NCBI RefSeq assembly: GCF_009914755.1
Contig: NC_060927.1
Length of the DNA stretch: 64,000 nucleotides
Origin: the human T2T-CHM13v2.0 reference genome, Homo sapiens
Strand: one strand, 5' to 3'
Made by a program: the position numbers and the translations under genes. Positions 31,069 to 45,448 of this stretch are shown here, piece after piece; within the stretch, counting starts at the first letter, position 1, and the number at the start of each line of letters is the position of its first letter. Under the pieces are notes generated by a model. That model ran no database searches. It was not told the DNA's origin and saw only the letters and a list, made by a program, of their open reading frames with translations.

Positions 31069-34000
31069 GTAAGAAGCTGTTTTGTTCTTCCCCAGAAATC
31101 ATCCTCTCTTTACAATAGCGCTCGGCTCCTCTGCACACGAGAGAAAGGGTGGGTCAGGACAAAACCAGGACAAATTGTACAGCCACATAGGTTGTGGGGG
31201 AGAAGGGAGACCGGGGAGGTGGTGGCTTGCTGGGAAAGGCTGGAGAACTGACCCATTTAGACACTTAGCAAAAGAGTCCAGAGTCTGGGCATCTTCCAGA
31301 GTCAGACTGTGGGTTCCTGGGCTGGGTGGCCTGAGGTCTGTAGGGCATGTCTTTCTGTATGATAATTGGAGAGGTGGCAATGTCACTCCTTCCAAACTTA
31401 TGTCTGCTGCGGCCCCTCCTTGCCACTGCTATGCATCTGGTCCTGCCCTGAGCAGCCCCTGGGGTGGAAGGTCAGGCAGTTGGGCAGACACTGGAACCTC
31501 TGGACACTGGAAGAGCAGGACCTGCTCTCTTGGGGTGTGGGTGCTCGAGGAGCCTTCCTATGGTCTCCAAGTGGGAAGGGTTCCTAGAATCCAGGAGGGG
31601 ACTGTTGGCTGTGACTGGCAGGGAGGCCGCCGGTGGGTTCAGGCAGAGCACGTGCTGCTGTGAGGGCCTGAGCTCCTGAGCTCCAGTGAGCACTTTGATG
31701 AGAAGTCACTGGGAGGTTTCAGTGATGGGCTGGGGTCTGCAGAGTGAGAGGCTGGTCGCCCGCTCCATCACCATTGCACTTAACCCACTGGACAGGTGCA
31801 CGCACACGGTACACACATGGGTGTACAAATGGCTCACTCGAGAGCCACTTCCTCAAGGGTGTGTGTGGTCTGAAGAGTCTCCCCTGGGCCCAGGGTGAGG
31901 GGCAGTGGCCATGCTGGGGCCTGGGGGACCTGGGGTCATTGGGAGTTCTCAGCCTTGGCCCTCCTCTGGCCAGAGGTAACTTCATCCAGCCGCCTGCCCT
32001 GGGTGGGGTCGACTCAGCCCTGGCTGGCCAGATTTCCGGGCAGCCATACTGGGGTGAAAGGCTGGGGTGACCTTTCCTTCCTCGGGCTTGGCGGAGGCCC
32101 AGCCCTCACCTCACCATGTCCCCCAGCAGGGCCCCTCCCCTGGCCTCGTCCCACCCTGCCCCTTGATGGGAGGAGTAGGGGAGTAAGCTGCTTATCATCA
32201 CTCTTCCCAGTCACCCGGCTCCTGGAATTTCTGAGGCTGTGCCTGGAAGGAGTCCCCTGCAGGGCCTGAGAAATGGGCTGAGAAGAGTTAATTTGTTTGG
32301 GCTGGAAAGCACCCCCCTTCCCCGGGCCCCAGGAAGGTGAGATATTTATTCTGCTGATACCTCCACCCTTCCCTGGTGGAATTCTTCAGAGCAGATTAAT
32401 AAATCTTGAAGGGGCCAGTTCCCCCAAACCCCTCCCCAGCCCAGGGTCTGGCAGCGAGAGTAGAGTGTCTCCTCCCCCGATAGTGGAAGGGAGGGGTGGC
32501 TTGGTCTCCACACCCCTGGGACCTTGCGTCCGCTCTGGGTGTTGTTTTTGTCATCATGCATGCAAGTAAGCAGGAGGGGCAAAACAGAGAGGGGTCTTCC
32601 GTGTGCTCCTTCTAAGCCTCCCTGGACCTCCAGGGGCAAAGAGTTTTGTTCCTGTTTTCCAGAGAGAGAAACTGAGGCTCAGGCAAGGGCAGGGTCAAGG
32701 TCAGGCAAGAGGCAGAGGCAAAGCCAGAAATAGAACCCTGGTGTCCTGGCCTTGCCGGCGCCCACATCGCGTCAGGTCGATTCCCTCTCAATTAGCTCTG
32801 AAGCCGACACCCGCAGTGACTAAAAGCTGAGCTCACTGGCAGCCAGCCTGGGTGTTGCCGGTTGTGGCGGCCTGGGGTGGGGCTGCAGCGCACCTGGGGC
32901 CACCCATCCCAGGGCTCCTGTGCCTTTGCACAGGCAGGTTCCCCTGCCCTGAATGACCTTCCCTGTTCCGACCTGGTCTCGTGTCCTAATTTTGTGCTTA
33001 GACTTCACTTACTACTGTATGACAGGCCCCGTGCTGAGTGCTGGGGACTCTGTGGTGAACAAGATAGGGTGCTCACAGTCAAGCTGGTGGAAAAAGCAAT
33101 GGATATCCAGTTGGTCAGGGCCATCTGGGAGCCCAGCACCTGCTGTGTACCAGGCCCTGTGTATCCCCCTACACTGGGTGGTCTCAGCCTGGTTATGCAC
33201 ACATGAAGTGGCCCTCAGTGAGGAGCAGGCGCCCACCAAGTGTGTGTGGAGTGAGAATGGAGACCAACACTTCAAGAAACTGGGCTCCCACCATCTTCCT
33301 CCCAGAGTACACGTGGGTGGCACAGAGAAGGTTACTCTCAGAAGCACTGCTGGTCACTGTGGCTCCATGTCATAGTTTTTTCATCTGTGCCTTGGATGGA
33401 CACAGCAGTTGACACCCCAGGCCTCAGGGGCTCAGGCTGGGCACTCCCTGCCCTGCCCTGCCCTGGGTCCTGCTGTAGTGGGGAGGTGCCGGTTCCTGCC
33501 TGGGTAGGGCTGGACCCTCCAAGCTAGAGGTGCTGGCATAAGGGGCCACACTGCCCAGGGTAGATAAAGGAACAAAGGCAGGAACTGGGCCAGGCTTGGG
33601 TTTGCTGCCCGCCCATCCGCCTGGGCACCCCAGCCAGGTCTAGAGCCAGAAGGGTGTGAGGGTCAAGCAGCCCAGGGTTCCCTCAGATTAGGGGGGCTCC
33701 TATGGCCCAGCTTCTGGGCTTCAGCAGCACAGCCAAAATCAGGCAGAAGTGAGGGTCAAATGGAGATTTCCAGGAGCAGGTGAGGTGTTTGTTCATTCCT
33801 TGCTCTTGAGAGAGTGGAGCCTGGGCTGGAAGCCTGGACAGACCCTCCTTCCTTCACCCATCCATGCCTGGGCCTGGAGTCCCCTACACTGCAGAATCAC
33901 TGCCAAATCTCAGAGAAAAAGCTCTTCCTTCCCCCACCTTGAGATGACCCAGGCTCTGGGGCACCACCTCCCTCCGTGGCAGCAGCAGGGAGGTGTGAGG

Positions 34001-35989
34001 GCCCTGCCAGGCCCTTTGTTCAGCCTGGGGAGTGTTTACTTTTTCCCAGGAAGCTACCCCACGACACACTGCTGCTGCCTGGGCTGGGTTTGGCCAGGGA
34101 TTGGGGCCAAGAGATGTTTGGTGGGGTAGAAGGACCCTGTGATGACATGAGACAGTTGTGCTGCTAGGGAAGCTGAGGCAGAAGTAGGGAGAGGGAGCAG
34201 AAGGTCACCCTGCCAGGGGAGGTCAGGAAAGATGAACATAATCGAAATAGTAGTAGGAGCCCATGAGGATAACCAAGCAATGGTCCCTCCAAGACCTAAA
34301 GAGGGTCTGCCTAGGTTTCCTGTGAGGAAGGAGGCTTACGGGGGCTGAGCGGCTTCCCAGGTCACTCAGGAGCAGGACTGAGATGGAGCCTGCATCCGCC
34401 TGATGCCTGAGGCTGTCCCAGGACTGAGAGTGGAGGGCAGGGATGGTGGTGGTGCTGGAGGCACAGACCCTTCACATGAGCTAGGAACAAGGAAGATTCC
34501 AGCATTCTGCAGTGCTGGTTTAGGCTTCCTAGCCTCGTTTCCCAAAGAAAGGGCTGGGGTCGCACTGGGCAGGCTCCCCATGCCCTCTGTCTGCCGAAGC
34601 AACGGAATTGGGGTTTGCTTATTTCCAGGCTATAAATCCGGCCCTCCATCACTCTGGCCCTTCCACTGAGCAGGGTCCCTAGGAAGGCCTCTCATGTCAG
34701 AGATGGGAACATCAGGGCCTAAGAGAGGAAAGGGCTCCTGTTCCAGAGCAGCCTGGAGTTTGAGCCCTCCAGGCCAATAGCCCAGAACAGTGCCACCGCT
34801 CACATCATTTGCATGTGGCATCAGAGGACCAAGGTTGCCAGGTTTGGAGATGATGAGGTTAGAGGTTAGGAAGGGTCACAGCCCGTTGACTTCCCCTCAG
34901 GAGTTGATGTGAGTTGAGGTGCCTCTAGCAAGCCTTGATGGGGCCTTAGCCCTCAGGCCTGGTGCAGGAGTAGGGGTGGGGCTGGAGAGCTAGAGGACAT
35001 GCTCTTGCCCCCCAGGGGCTCCTTGGCCAGCCAGAGCAAGGCATGGGGCTTTGGTGGGGGAGGAGGGGGAGGAGGCCCAGGAGCTTTGAGGCCAGTGTGG
35101 CACCAGGGAGCTGGGCAAGGGTCAGGTGGCTCTGGCAGCTACAGTGGGGGTTGGAGCTCACAAGCCAGGGAGGGTAGGTGTTCCAGGATACGCCAGGATG
35201 AGGGAGGAAGGAAGACCCAAAGCATGAACTTGAGCCCAGATCCCTTGAGGCCAGATCTGGAGTTTCAGTTTTCTGGAAATGGGAGCTGCCTTACTCCTGA
35301 GAGACTTGGAAGTGGCCGCTTTGGAGTTGGGAGGTCCTGGAAGCTGCACATCCCCCAACTGGCTAGGAATTGGTCTTTGGAGAGAATGGAGACAGGGTCC
35401 TTGTGCTTGCTGGAGAACCTGCCTGACGCCCAGCCTGGGTCAGCCAGGCCAGGGGCTGGGGCTTTCAGCTGTGGCCTTCCAGGTCAAGTGGAGCTTCAGA
35501 TGGGACCTCCACTGTCTGGGCCTCCGCAGCACAGGCCTTGTCTCTGGTTCCCTGGCATGATGCCCGCCCCTCCTTCCCTGGCTCCAGCTTCCCTTGGCAC
35601 TAAGTGAGGAGCTGGTGCATGCTCAAGGAGTAAATCATGTTCCTTGGCAGCCCCCACTGCTTCGTAATCGTAAAGAATTTAAAGAGAAACCGCCAAGATA
35701 AAAATCTCACCAGCCCATAAAGGCATCTTTCACCCTGCAGCTTGGGAGACAGTGAGCCTCAGAGTGGGCTCTTGGCTGTCTGCACCTGTGTGTATGCACC
35801 TCCGGCCCCTTGACTCCTCCAGAGGTGGTAATAGCTCAGAAGGTGGCTTTAGGGCCATGGGTACCTGGTCCTTGACTCCTGGGAGACCTCCATCTCCTCA
35901 CTCAGGAGAGTGGGGTGCTTAAATTTGGTGTAATGCAGAAGTGGTGATGGTGGTGGCTGAGCTAGCTGGTCCCAAAGGCAAAACCCAGT

Positions 35990-36250
35990 TCTACCAGTGT
36001 TAGCTGTGTGAGTTCAGCCAAGTGGCTTAGCCTCTCTGAGCCCTGGTTTCTCCTGTGTAAGGTGGGAATGGCAGTGGCCCTGTGGAAGCAGCATCATGAG
36101 GGCTCAGACTGTCTTGCTTGCATCCTGGCCATGGGTGGATCTTGCTTGGTGAACATCATTCTGTGTTCCCACTGCCTTTTCTGGAAAATGGGAGTAAGAA
36201 CAATACTGGCCTCGTTGTGTTGTCAGGAGGATTAACTGTGTGAGTATGGT
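35990..36250 (+). mobile_element. MIR fragments
   Basis: agctgtgtga...caagtggcttagcctctctgagcc...tttctcctgtgtaa MIR core, followed by a second degenerate core. Confidence 0.65.
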
Positions 36251-39200
36251 CACTGTGGAAGAAATCTCAGTCACCAGGAGCGATCCTGAGGCTGGTGTGC
36301 AGGTGAGGGCAGGTCCAGGGGCATGCCCCAAGGAGTCCCAGACTGCCTCACCCCTTCCTCCAGAATTCTAACTTTTGGTAAGGGAGATGGTATTTGGAAA
36401 GGACTCCAGGAAGGACCCTGAGTCCTGTGGGGTGGGTGGAGTAGGGTCAGGAGGAGGAAAATTCCTACCATGGGTATCTGGGCAGGCTTCATGGAGGAGG
36501 CTGCATCTTGAGCAGGGGAGGGGAGGTTGTAGGGGAGGGAAGAGCTGGAGCACAGGGAGGGTGCATGTGGTGCAGCACCTGGGGAAGAGGACAGATGCTA
36601 GATGCAGTCTTGCTTTTGGGACAAGGATGTAGAGTTCTACTTTCTGTTTCTGGTTTTTAAGCTCTTTTTCCTCATGGCAGAGGTACTAAATATGTATTAT
36701 GGAAAAATTCCAGTGATACGGATGCATTTGGCGGGAGTGATGCCTTGGAAGTAGCTCCCTAGAGACTGGCTCCAAGGCCTGGTTGGGACGCACAGTTGGC
36801 TGCAATAACTCCTTCTGTGAATGCTGCTCCAGCTCCTGCCGTGTGTCCTAGGGGTGACCAGACCTGGGCTGCTCACTCAGGCATCTGCAGGGCTGGGCAG
36901 AAAGCATGTTTGCCTGGCTTGGCCTGGTGCTATCCTGGGAATCTGAGCCCCGCCTCAAGAAGCCCTGGGAGCTTTGGAGAAGCAGAGAGGATTCCTGCTG
37001 CATTTTTCTTAGAAATAGCAAGAGGGCCTTTGCCAGAGGCCTGGATGCCAGAAGGCTATGGTCTGAATCCAAAGCCTAGCTCACGTGGGTGCCAGAGCTT
37101 GGCAGGCCTACAGCCCCCCACCCAGCCTGCTGGGCAGCCCCAGGGAGAGGGTGGAGGCCTCCTGGGCTCCAGTCCCTGACCACTGGTCCTGACCCAGCAA
37201 CGAATGGGGTCTGGGCAGTGGCTGCTGGCCTAGGATTGGGGGGCTAGCCTGTTGGGGAGGGAGTGGGGCTCATCGGGCTGACGGGCTGGGCTGACTTCTG
37301 GCACTCTCACTGGGCCGAGGGGAGCACTGGCTATCTGGTGCATCTCTGCAGGGCAAAGACAGACCCAAAGCAACCGGCCCCTCCAGGGATCAGGAAGCCT
37401 CAGCTCCGGATCCCCCTTCCCCCACTCTTCTTCCTTCCTTCCTCCCCCTACTCCCCCTTGCCTCCACCCCTCCCTTTGCCACCCCTCTTGGCTTCCTACC
37501 CGGACATGCTCTTTCCTCGGACGTCTCTGTACCCAGCCAAGAGCCTTGTTCCTTCCCACTTGGGGCTCGGTGCTGATGCCCTCATTTCCCCCGGCCAGAG
37601 TCCACTGCCTCGTGTGTCTGCTGTTCAGCCAGCACGGTTGCCTTCTAAGGGTCATACACTACAATTGGCAGAGCGGCTAGAATTTGGGAGCCCTTTGGGC
37701 TCCTACAGCTCCAAGGCTGAGTGGCTAGCACTCCAGGGGGCCTCTCCCAGGGCTGCCTGTATTGCCATTTTTATCAGCGCCTTCCTGGCTGGGCCTGGGG
37801 CCTGTGCGGAGTGCTCACTGCCTGCCCTTGACTGGCTACCTGCTGAGTCCTGCTGAGGTCCTAACCCAGCCTCACTGCATCCTCCAAGGCTGACCCCAAG
37901 CATGCACCTGTCTGCCCTGTGCCTCGGTTTCTCCATCAGAATGTTGGGGAGGGGCTAAGACTGTCTGGAACATCCCGGGAATCTCTGGGTGGGTGTTGTG
38001 AAGGGGCTGCAGGGACCGCAGGAATCCGAGGAAGGCCGCAGAGATGGGGGCTGGGCCCAGGGGAGGGGGAGGGTTTTGACACCCACCAGCCTGTTGGTCC
38101 CATCTTGGCCTGTCTGTCTGGGTGATTTATCAGAGTAAATGAGCCATGGAGAGTTTGTTGTCTTTTGCAGTCATGGGGAGGAGGAGGTGGTGGAGGAAGG
38201 AGTGAGGGGTTTCCGGGCCAGGTCTGGAATGTGGGAGGAGGAGGTGGGTCCCCCGGGGGCCTCTGAAACTGGAGGCACTCACTGAATGGCCTTTTCACTC
38301 TCCCCACCTGAGAAATGAATCAGTGCAGCCCTCCCCTTCAGAACAATCCCCTCTTTCCATCCCCTTCATACTTCTTGGGGCACATTCCTGTGTGATCTGC
38401 TTGTCTGGTCATCTTCTCCCACCCCCTGCTCAGGACCAGGTCTCTTGACCACAGTGTCCTTCCAAAGCTGAGCCGGAGCCCTGACTTGCCCAGCTGGTGA
38501 ATGCCCAAATGTGTTCTCACAGGCAACCATGCACACTGTTAAGTTCCAAGTGGGACGTCTAGGCCTCTGGAACTACCAGCCCAGGCCTAGGATGGTCAGG
38601 TGCATGGACCATGGGGAAGGCAGGGGTCAGTGGAGGTGCCGAGGCCGGAGAGACCCCATCTGCTGGGACAGAAGGTCCGAAGTCATTGGGTGTCCTTCGG
38701 GGATGAGGCATGGATCCCCTGGTTCCCGGCTGGCGAGTCAGGGAGTGATCCTGCTGCTCCGTCACTTCTGGCTTTTCCTGGTTTGAGGCTGAGCTGTGCC
38801 CTCAGCCTATCCTGTCCTGGGCGGAGTAGGTGAGCACTGGGGCGGAACGGGCGTGGGAACAGCATGCCTGGACCTGCTGGCCCCAGCCCCCTGCCCCCTG
38901 CCCCCAGCCTTTAGTCACTGAAATGGGAGGGAAGTGTACAGTGGCGTTTTGGCCCAGCTGGGCTCTTTACCCCTGTACGGTGTTTACTGAACAGCTGGGA
39001 TGTTTACAGTAGCCCTTGCAAAGGGGCCCCTCGTTGCAGGGGATTTCCCATCTTGAGGGTCCCACTGGGGCTCTTCTGACCTCACCAATTCCCTGCACCC
39101 CTGGGATAGATGTGTCAGGGATACAGAGACCATAACCATCTCCACCTTACCAGAGCCAGTGGTGCCTGTCCCCTTGGCCTCTGGCCTTCGGTTCCTCTGC

Positions 39201-42200
39201 TCTGGAGGAGCCAACATTTCCCACCACATTTCCTAGAGTGGCAGCTCTAGGTGGTGAAATACGGTAACTGGGTCCCCAGTTCAGACATTTAAATTAAATT
39301 CAATCAGAGCGGTTATTGAATAAAAACACGCGGAGTCATTTACATGTTAATTATGTTGAATGGACTACTAGACCATAATTAGTTGCTAATTGGGTGAGAG
39401 TGGCTGTAATTGGTTTTGTTGGCACCAACCTGGCTCACCTACCTGGGGGGAAGCGGGGGTTGGTGTGGATGGCTCCTAGGGAGGCCCTCTGGGTCTCCAA
39501 TCTGGAAGGCCTGGCTAGAGATGCTATGCGGGGGCAGATCTCCAGGGGCTTAGGGTCAGAGGAACCTGGAACCTCTCCCCAGGGAGGGTGCAGCTGGGGT
39601 CTGGCTTCTAGGGTTCCCATCCAGAGCATAGGGGGAAAAGGGGGAACTGGAGGAGCTACCCCAGATCAGCAGTGATAGTCTCCCCTGCCCAGCCCCATGT
39701 GGGACCTGGGCTTGAACAAATGGTAAGTGCCCAAGAGTGGGTCTGTGGGAGCCCAAGGCAGGCGTCACTCAGGTGTGTCTCTGCACATACTGGGCCCTGG
39801 GTTGGCCTGATCAGGGTGGCGTTGGGGTGTAAGTGGGTGTGCCAAGCAGGAGGAAGGTACGTACAAAGGCATCTGGGCCTCCCTGCCCCCCCGCTTAGCT
39901 TGGCTGGGGTTCCCGGGGTTGTAGGTCTGTGGCCATGGGCTGAGGCCTTCCGGCTGGCCGCTCATTAAAAGAGGATTAGGCTGAGAGCCAGGGGGCCAGC
40001 CCAGTCCCCAGGCCTTCCTCTGGGGCTCCTCACAGCTTTGGGGGAGTGATAAAAGGGCCGGGGCCACCCCTTCCTGGATCCTGTGGGGGTATCCGGTAGG
40101 GACCACCTGGGCCCTGCCATGCCTCTTGCCGCCACTGCTACTATAGCCTTGGCTACCTCAGTTTCCCTCCTCAGAAGGTCAGGAGGTCTGTCTTTCCGGT
40201 GGGTGAAACACTGACAAAGACCCAGGCTGGTGCCTCCCCTTGTCCCCCAGTCCCATCTCTCTTCAGCTCAGGGATTAGGGCTGCACTGGCTCACTAGAGG
40301 TCAGAGGTCTGAGCTAGGCTGCAGGGATCTGTCTATCATCCCCAGTCCCCATCACTGCTGGGGGAGGTGACGCTGTCAGTCAGGGCCTGCTGCTTTGTGG
40401 GGCTATAACCAAGGGGGCGGGCTGCCCACCTCTGCTCCAAGACTCCTCTTTTTGCGGCAGCCCACACCTCACTGCACGCAGACCTGATGTCCTGGAGACC
40501 AGCAGCAAGGGGTAGGGGCTGCCCACTTGGGGTCTTCGGGTGAGGGCTGTGGACACGCCTCCTCAGTGCCTGTCCTCACCTGCCCGCACCTTTAAAGTAA
40601 GGTATCACCAGCTGCTTCCCAGATATGAGGGACCGGGGGCCCCCAGGACCCAGCCCCGTGTGCCTTGAGAAGGTCCTGCCTCTGGACCTGTGCCAGGCCG
40701 CTTTGGGCTGGGACCCCAAGTGCTTGATGGCCATGAGAGAGTCCTGGAGGCCAGGAATGGCTGCGGAAATGAGGTGTCTGATGCCAGAAAAGGCTCTTCC
40801 TTCCCGATGATGGGAAAATCCTTCCCGGATGTCACCCCTCCCAACCTGTGCCCAGCCTGGGTGAGAGTATGGGGGTGGGGAGCCCTTCCCAGGAGACAGC
40901 ACCCAGGCACACCACCCTTCCTCCCCCTAAGGTCAAAGCTTATCTGGGCTGGAGTCCTGATCCCCACAGAACCCTTGATTGTGCCCAGCCCCTCCCTCAA
41001 CATTGCCATGGCATTCGAGGAGGCATGGCGCTCCTGCTGCCAGAGCCGGGCGTGGGACAAGTGGAGCAGATGTGGGGATTGGCCTTAGGACATGACCAGG
41101 CTGGGTCTGCATCAGCCCTGGCCCCCACTGATGCCACCTCAGGTCCCAGGTTCCTTTGTTCCTTCTGTCCCAAGTCCCTGTCCCTTAAGGGAGCTGGGGC
41201 CTGGTAGGATCTGGCACCTGCTGATGGCAGGTTTTGGAGGAGGATACCCAGGGCTACTTGCCCACCCCCTGCTCTGACTCAGGCTGCTTGGAGGAGTGAA
41301 GGCTCCCAGTTCCTTTGCCTCATGGTGGAGTGGGGAGCAGGGGACAGGACACCCTGTGACCTGGGTTGAGTACCACTCTCCTTTGGGCCTCAGTCTTCCT
41401 GTCTGCAGCTGGGGGTGCAGGGCTGTCACAGGGCTCCTTGTTTCCCTTTTCACCTACAGTCTGGCATGAGTGGGGTCAGAAGTCCAGCTGTGGGTTGAGA
41501 AGGCTGGAACCTTACACCTTCTTTGCTCTGGGACCCGGGGAAGTTCCCACCCCTCTCCACCTTGGTTCCCCTCTGGTAGGCTGGGTTTGGATGAATGGTT
41601 TGGGATTTAGCTCTATTCCTGTGGGTTGGGGATGGGGTAAGGACACACTGGAGTTGGGAAGGCTGGAGCTGAGTCCACAGGTTGCCTCTTCCTGCCTTAT
41701 AGCCCTCTCTGCTCCCCAATCTAGCACTAGGAAATGGAGTAGCTGGGGTGGGAATGGGGATGGATGCCCTACAAGAGATAGCGACACGTGGAAGCCTGCT
41801 TCCTTGGGGAAGGACTTGGGACCTCATTCCACTCTCCTTTCCCTGAAAGGCAGAGACACCCATGAAGGATGGGTTGGGGGAAGACCTGAGGAATGCCAGG
41901 CCGTGAGCCTCTCTCTGAGATCAGAACGGGGTCACTGATCCTCAGGGTCACTTTGAATATCAGTACCAGGAGGGCCTGAGAGATGGTCTAGACTAGAGAA
42001 TGAGGCTCAGAGAGCGAGAGTGCCCCCAACTCAGGTCATGAAGCTCACCCAGAAACTCAAGCCATAGCCAAGGATCCCTGATCCTGGGTCCCACCCCTTC
42101 CCCACCATGCGCGACCTCCTGGGGCTCCCCCTCCCCCCACACTGTTTCCACAGTGACCAAAGCGTCACGTCCTGTGACACCAGAGCCATTGACGCCATAT

Positions 42201-44525
42201 CCCGTGGCCACTGGGAGGGGTCCCGCAGGTCCTGAGTCATGTGCCCTGTCCACGGGGAGCGAGTCACCTTCCGGCCCTGGCCCTCCTGGCAGGCAGTCTC
42301 TACCACCAGGACTGGCTTCCCCTGGGCCTCCCCCTCCTTCAGCCATGGACCTAGGTGGGAATCCCACCCCCATGCACTCTGGCATGTCACATCCCTTCCC
42401 TGTGCCCTGTGCCCTTGGTATTGTGAGCACAGGGCTTTGTGCACAGCGGGTGTTCGATAACTGAGCAAGGGGCTCCCTCCACCCCCACCTCCACCCAGGG
42501 GCAGACTGGGGGCAGCAGGCAGAGAGGGTCGAGGCCAATCCTCTGCCCCTAAGCTGGGACTCAGTTTCCTCATCCTCTGAGTGTTCTCTACGGCCTTTCT
42601 CACAGAGGGAGCTGGAGTTTGGGAGTGCTGGGGCTTTGCAAGAGGGTAGGGGACTCGGACTTGGGCCTCGGGCTCTGGGAGTCTTGGTGCAGGGTTGATA
42701 TTATAGAGGCCCAAGGCTGCGCAGGGTTGGAGCTTGGGGATTATGGCTGATTGGGTTCCTGGGGGCTTAATGGCTGAAGCTTCCCCTTACCCGGAGTGCC
42801 CGTGTCTGAAGGCGCCCACTTAAGCCTCTAGCCCCTCCCCCTGCCATTGCCCCCAAAGTGCCCCCTAGCCCAGGGGATGGGTAAGGGCATGACCGAGCCA
42901 TGCCCCCAGCCAGGGTATAAATAACCCCTGGCGGGCTGTCCCAGCCTGGGGGGGCTCCACTGGCAGCCCCACTTCCTCTCTGGCCACTTCCCAGCCCTGG
43001 GGGTGGGGGAATGTTTACTTTCCTGTTGTCACTGTGGGTGAGCAGCCAGGCGGGTGAGCGGCCAGGCGGGGGACTCCGAGTGGCCCAACAACAGGTGCGG
43101 GACAGGTGCCTGGGCCGCCCTGCCCAGGACTTCAGAGGCGCCGCTGGACAGGCGGGTGAGGCCATCGCCAGGCAGGATCGGCCCTTTGATCCCTCGGCGT
43201 CCCTGCGTCCCAGCGGTTGGCCAAGGTCATCACCTGCATTCCCTTGTCACCGCATAGTCAGGGCCAGGCAGGGCAAGACCTTTCCTTACCCACTAGTTTC
43301 TCAGAGTGAGGTCCTGGGACCAGACATGGGCTCTGGGTCAGCTGGTGGAACCCCCTGACCCCAGCCCACCTCTGCCCCACCTTCAGGCTGTGTCTAGGGC
43401 CTCGGATCCCAGCTGTTCTCCCCCTCCAGGTGCCTTGGGGCCTGGCCCAGGCCTCTCCCTTGACTGCCCCACCTGTGAAATGGGTTACCAGCTGGGGAGG
43501 GGAGATGAGACATGTGTGACCCCCTTGGTGAGTGCCTCATGTGTGGTAGGACATGTGTGCGCCATGTGCATGCCTGTGCCACGTGTATACATGCATGCAC
43601 TCTTCTGTGTGCTGCTATCTTAAGCCCCCTGTGTGTGTGAATATTCATCATCCTCATTACAGTGTTCCCTCTTTTGCTGAGCTAAAGATAGCTGGGGGTG
43701 GGTGGAGAGGGGGCTTGCCAAGGGGACCCCTCGGCTCTCCCTCCCCTTGGAGGCAGGTTCCCAAGCTTCTAGGAGTCCTTTGTCTGTCATTGTCTGAGCC
43801 CCCTCCTGTCCTTCATCCTTAGGAAGGACTTTTCCCCAGCATCCTGGAGTTGGAGGGGCCAAGGCTGCTGGACTCATGCAAAAGGGAAACTAGAGGACCC
43901 AGTTGAACCCTGCCTTTAGCCCCAGGGTTGTAGCTCCAGGGAGAGAGCCTCTTTCCCAGAAATGACTGTCCTGGCTCATTCAAGGTGGCCTGAGAGTTCC
44001 ACCATTAGCAGCCTTATAGGGTCTGGGGGAAGCTGGGGTCCGTAGGGCAGTGTGTCCAGCAGGGCTTTCTGGTCTCCTGGCTAACCTGCTTCAGACCAAG
44101 TGAGGACCTTGCTGTGCACCAGCTGTGCCCTCTGCCTGGTGGGCAGCCAGGGTAAGAACAGGGCATCCAGGCTCCATGCCAGAGTCTGCCGGCTGTCCCA
44201 GATATACCCGGTCACACCCCTATCTGCTCATTAACCCTTTTAAGCCCCTGTGTGAAGCTGGCCCCACCCTGAGCGTGGGAGCATTAACCCCCACCTGAGC
44301 AAAAACTCTTTGATGCTGTTGCGTACCCTGGCCCGCACCTACCGCCCTTTCATTGGGACCCAGAGACTAGCTAGGGCTGTCTATGAATCAGGGGTTTAGC
44401 TTTGGGTGTGGCGCCTTCCCTGGCCTGCCTACCTGTGCCACTTTGTCCTCTCAGTCTGTCAGGGACTGGAGAGGGAGCTGAGAAGGATCCAGGAAGGGGA
44501 GCTGGAGGTTTAAGACCACTGTGTG

Positions 44526-45003
<478 letters not shown>

Positions 45004-45126
45004 AAGACCACTCTGTGGTGGGGGTCCTGAGGGGAACCTCAGGGCCTCAGTCTCCCCTTTATCAGAGGGGGTATGGCTGGATGGTTTCCTGAAGGTCCTA
45101 ATTGGTGCCCTGCCCTCCACCCACAG

Positions 45127-45287
45127 AGCTGAAGGCCACAGGCACCGCCCACTTCTTCAACTTCCTGCTCAACACAACCGACTACCGAATCTTGCTCAAG
45201 GACGAGGACCACGACCGCATGTACGTGGGCAGCAAGGACTACGTGCTGTCCCTGGACCTGCACGACATCAACCGCGAGCCCCTCATT
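45127..45287 (+). CDS. SEMA3F: SEMA3F exon 3 (sema domain start, ELKATGTAHFF...INREPLI)
   Basis: AG/GT boundaries; frame continuous. Confidence 0.98.
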
Positions 45288-45385
45288 GTAAGGGCTGGCC
45301 CTGATGTGGGACGTGGGGTGGGCACGGAGCCCCAGGGCTCAGGGCATGTCCAGAAGGCTGCACCTTCTGACCCCCCTCTCTGCAG

Positions 45386-45448
45386 ATACACTGGGCAGCC
45401 TCCCCACAGCGCATCGAGGAATGCGTGCTCTCAGGCAAGGATGTCAAC
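45386..45448 (+). CDS. SEMA3F: SEMA3F exon 4 ([21 protein letters not shown])
   Basis: 63 nt, AG/GT, in frame. Confidence 0.97.
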
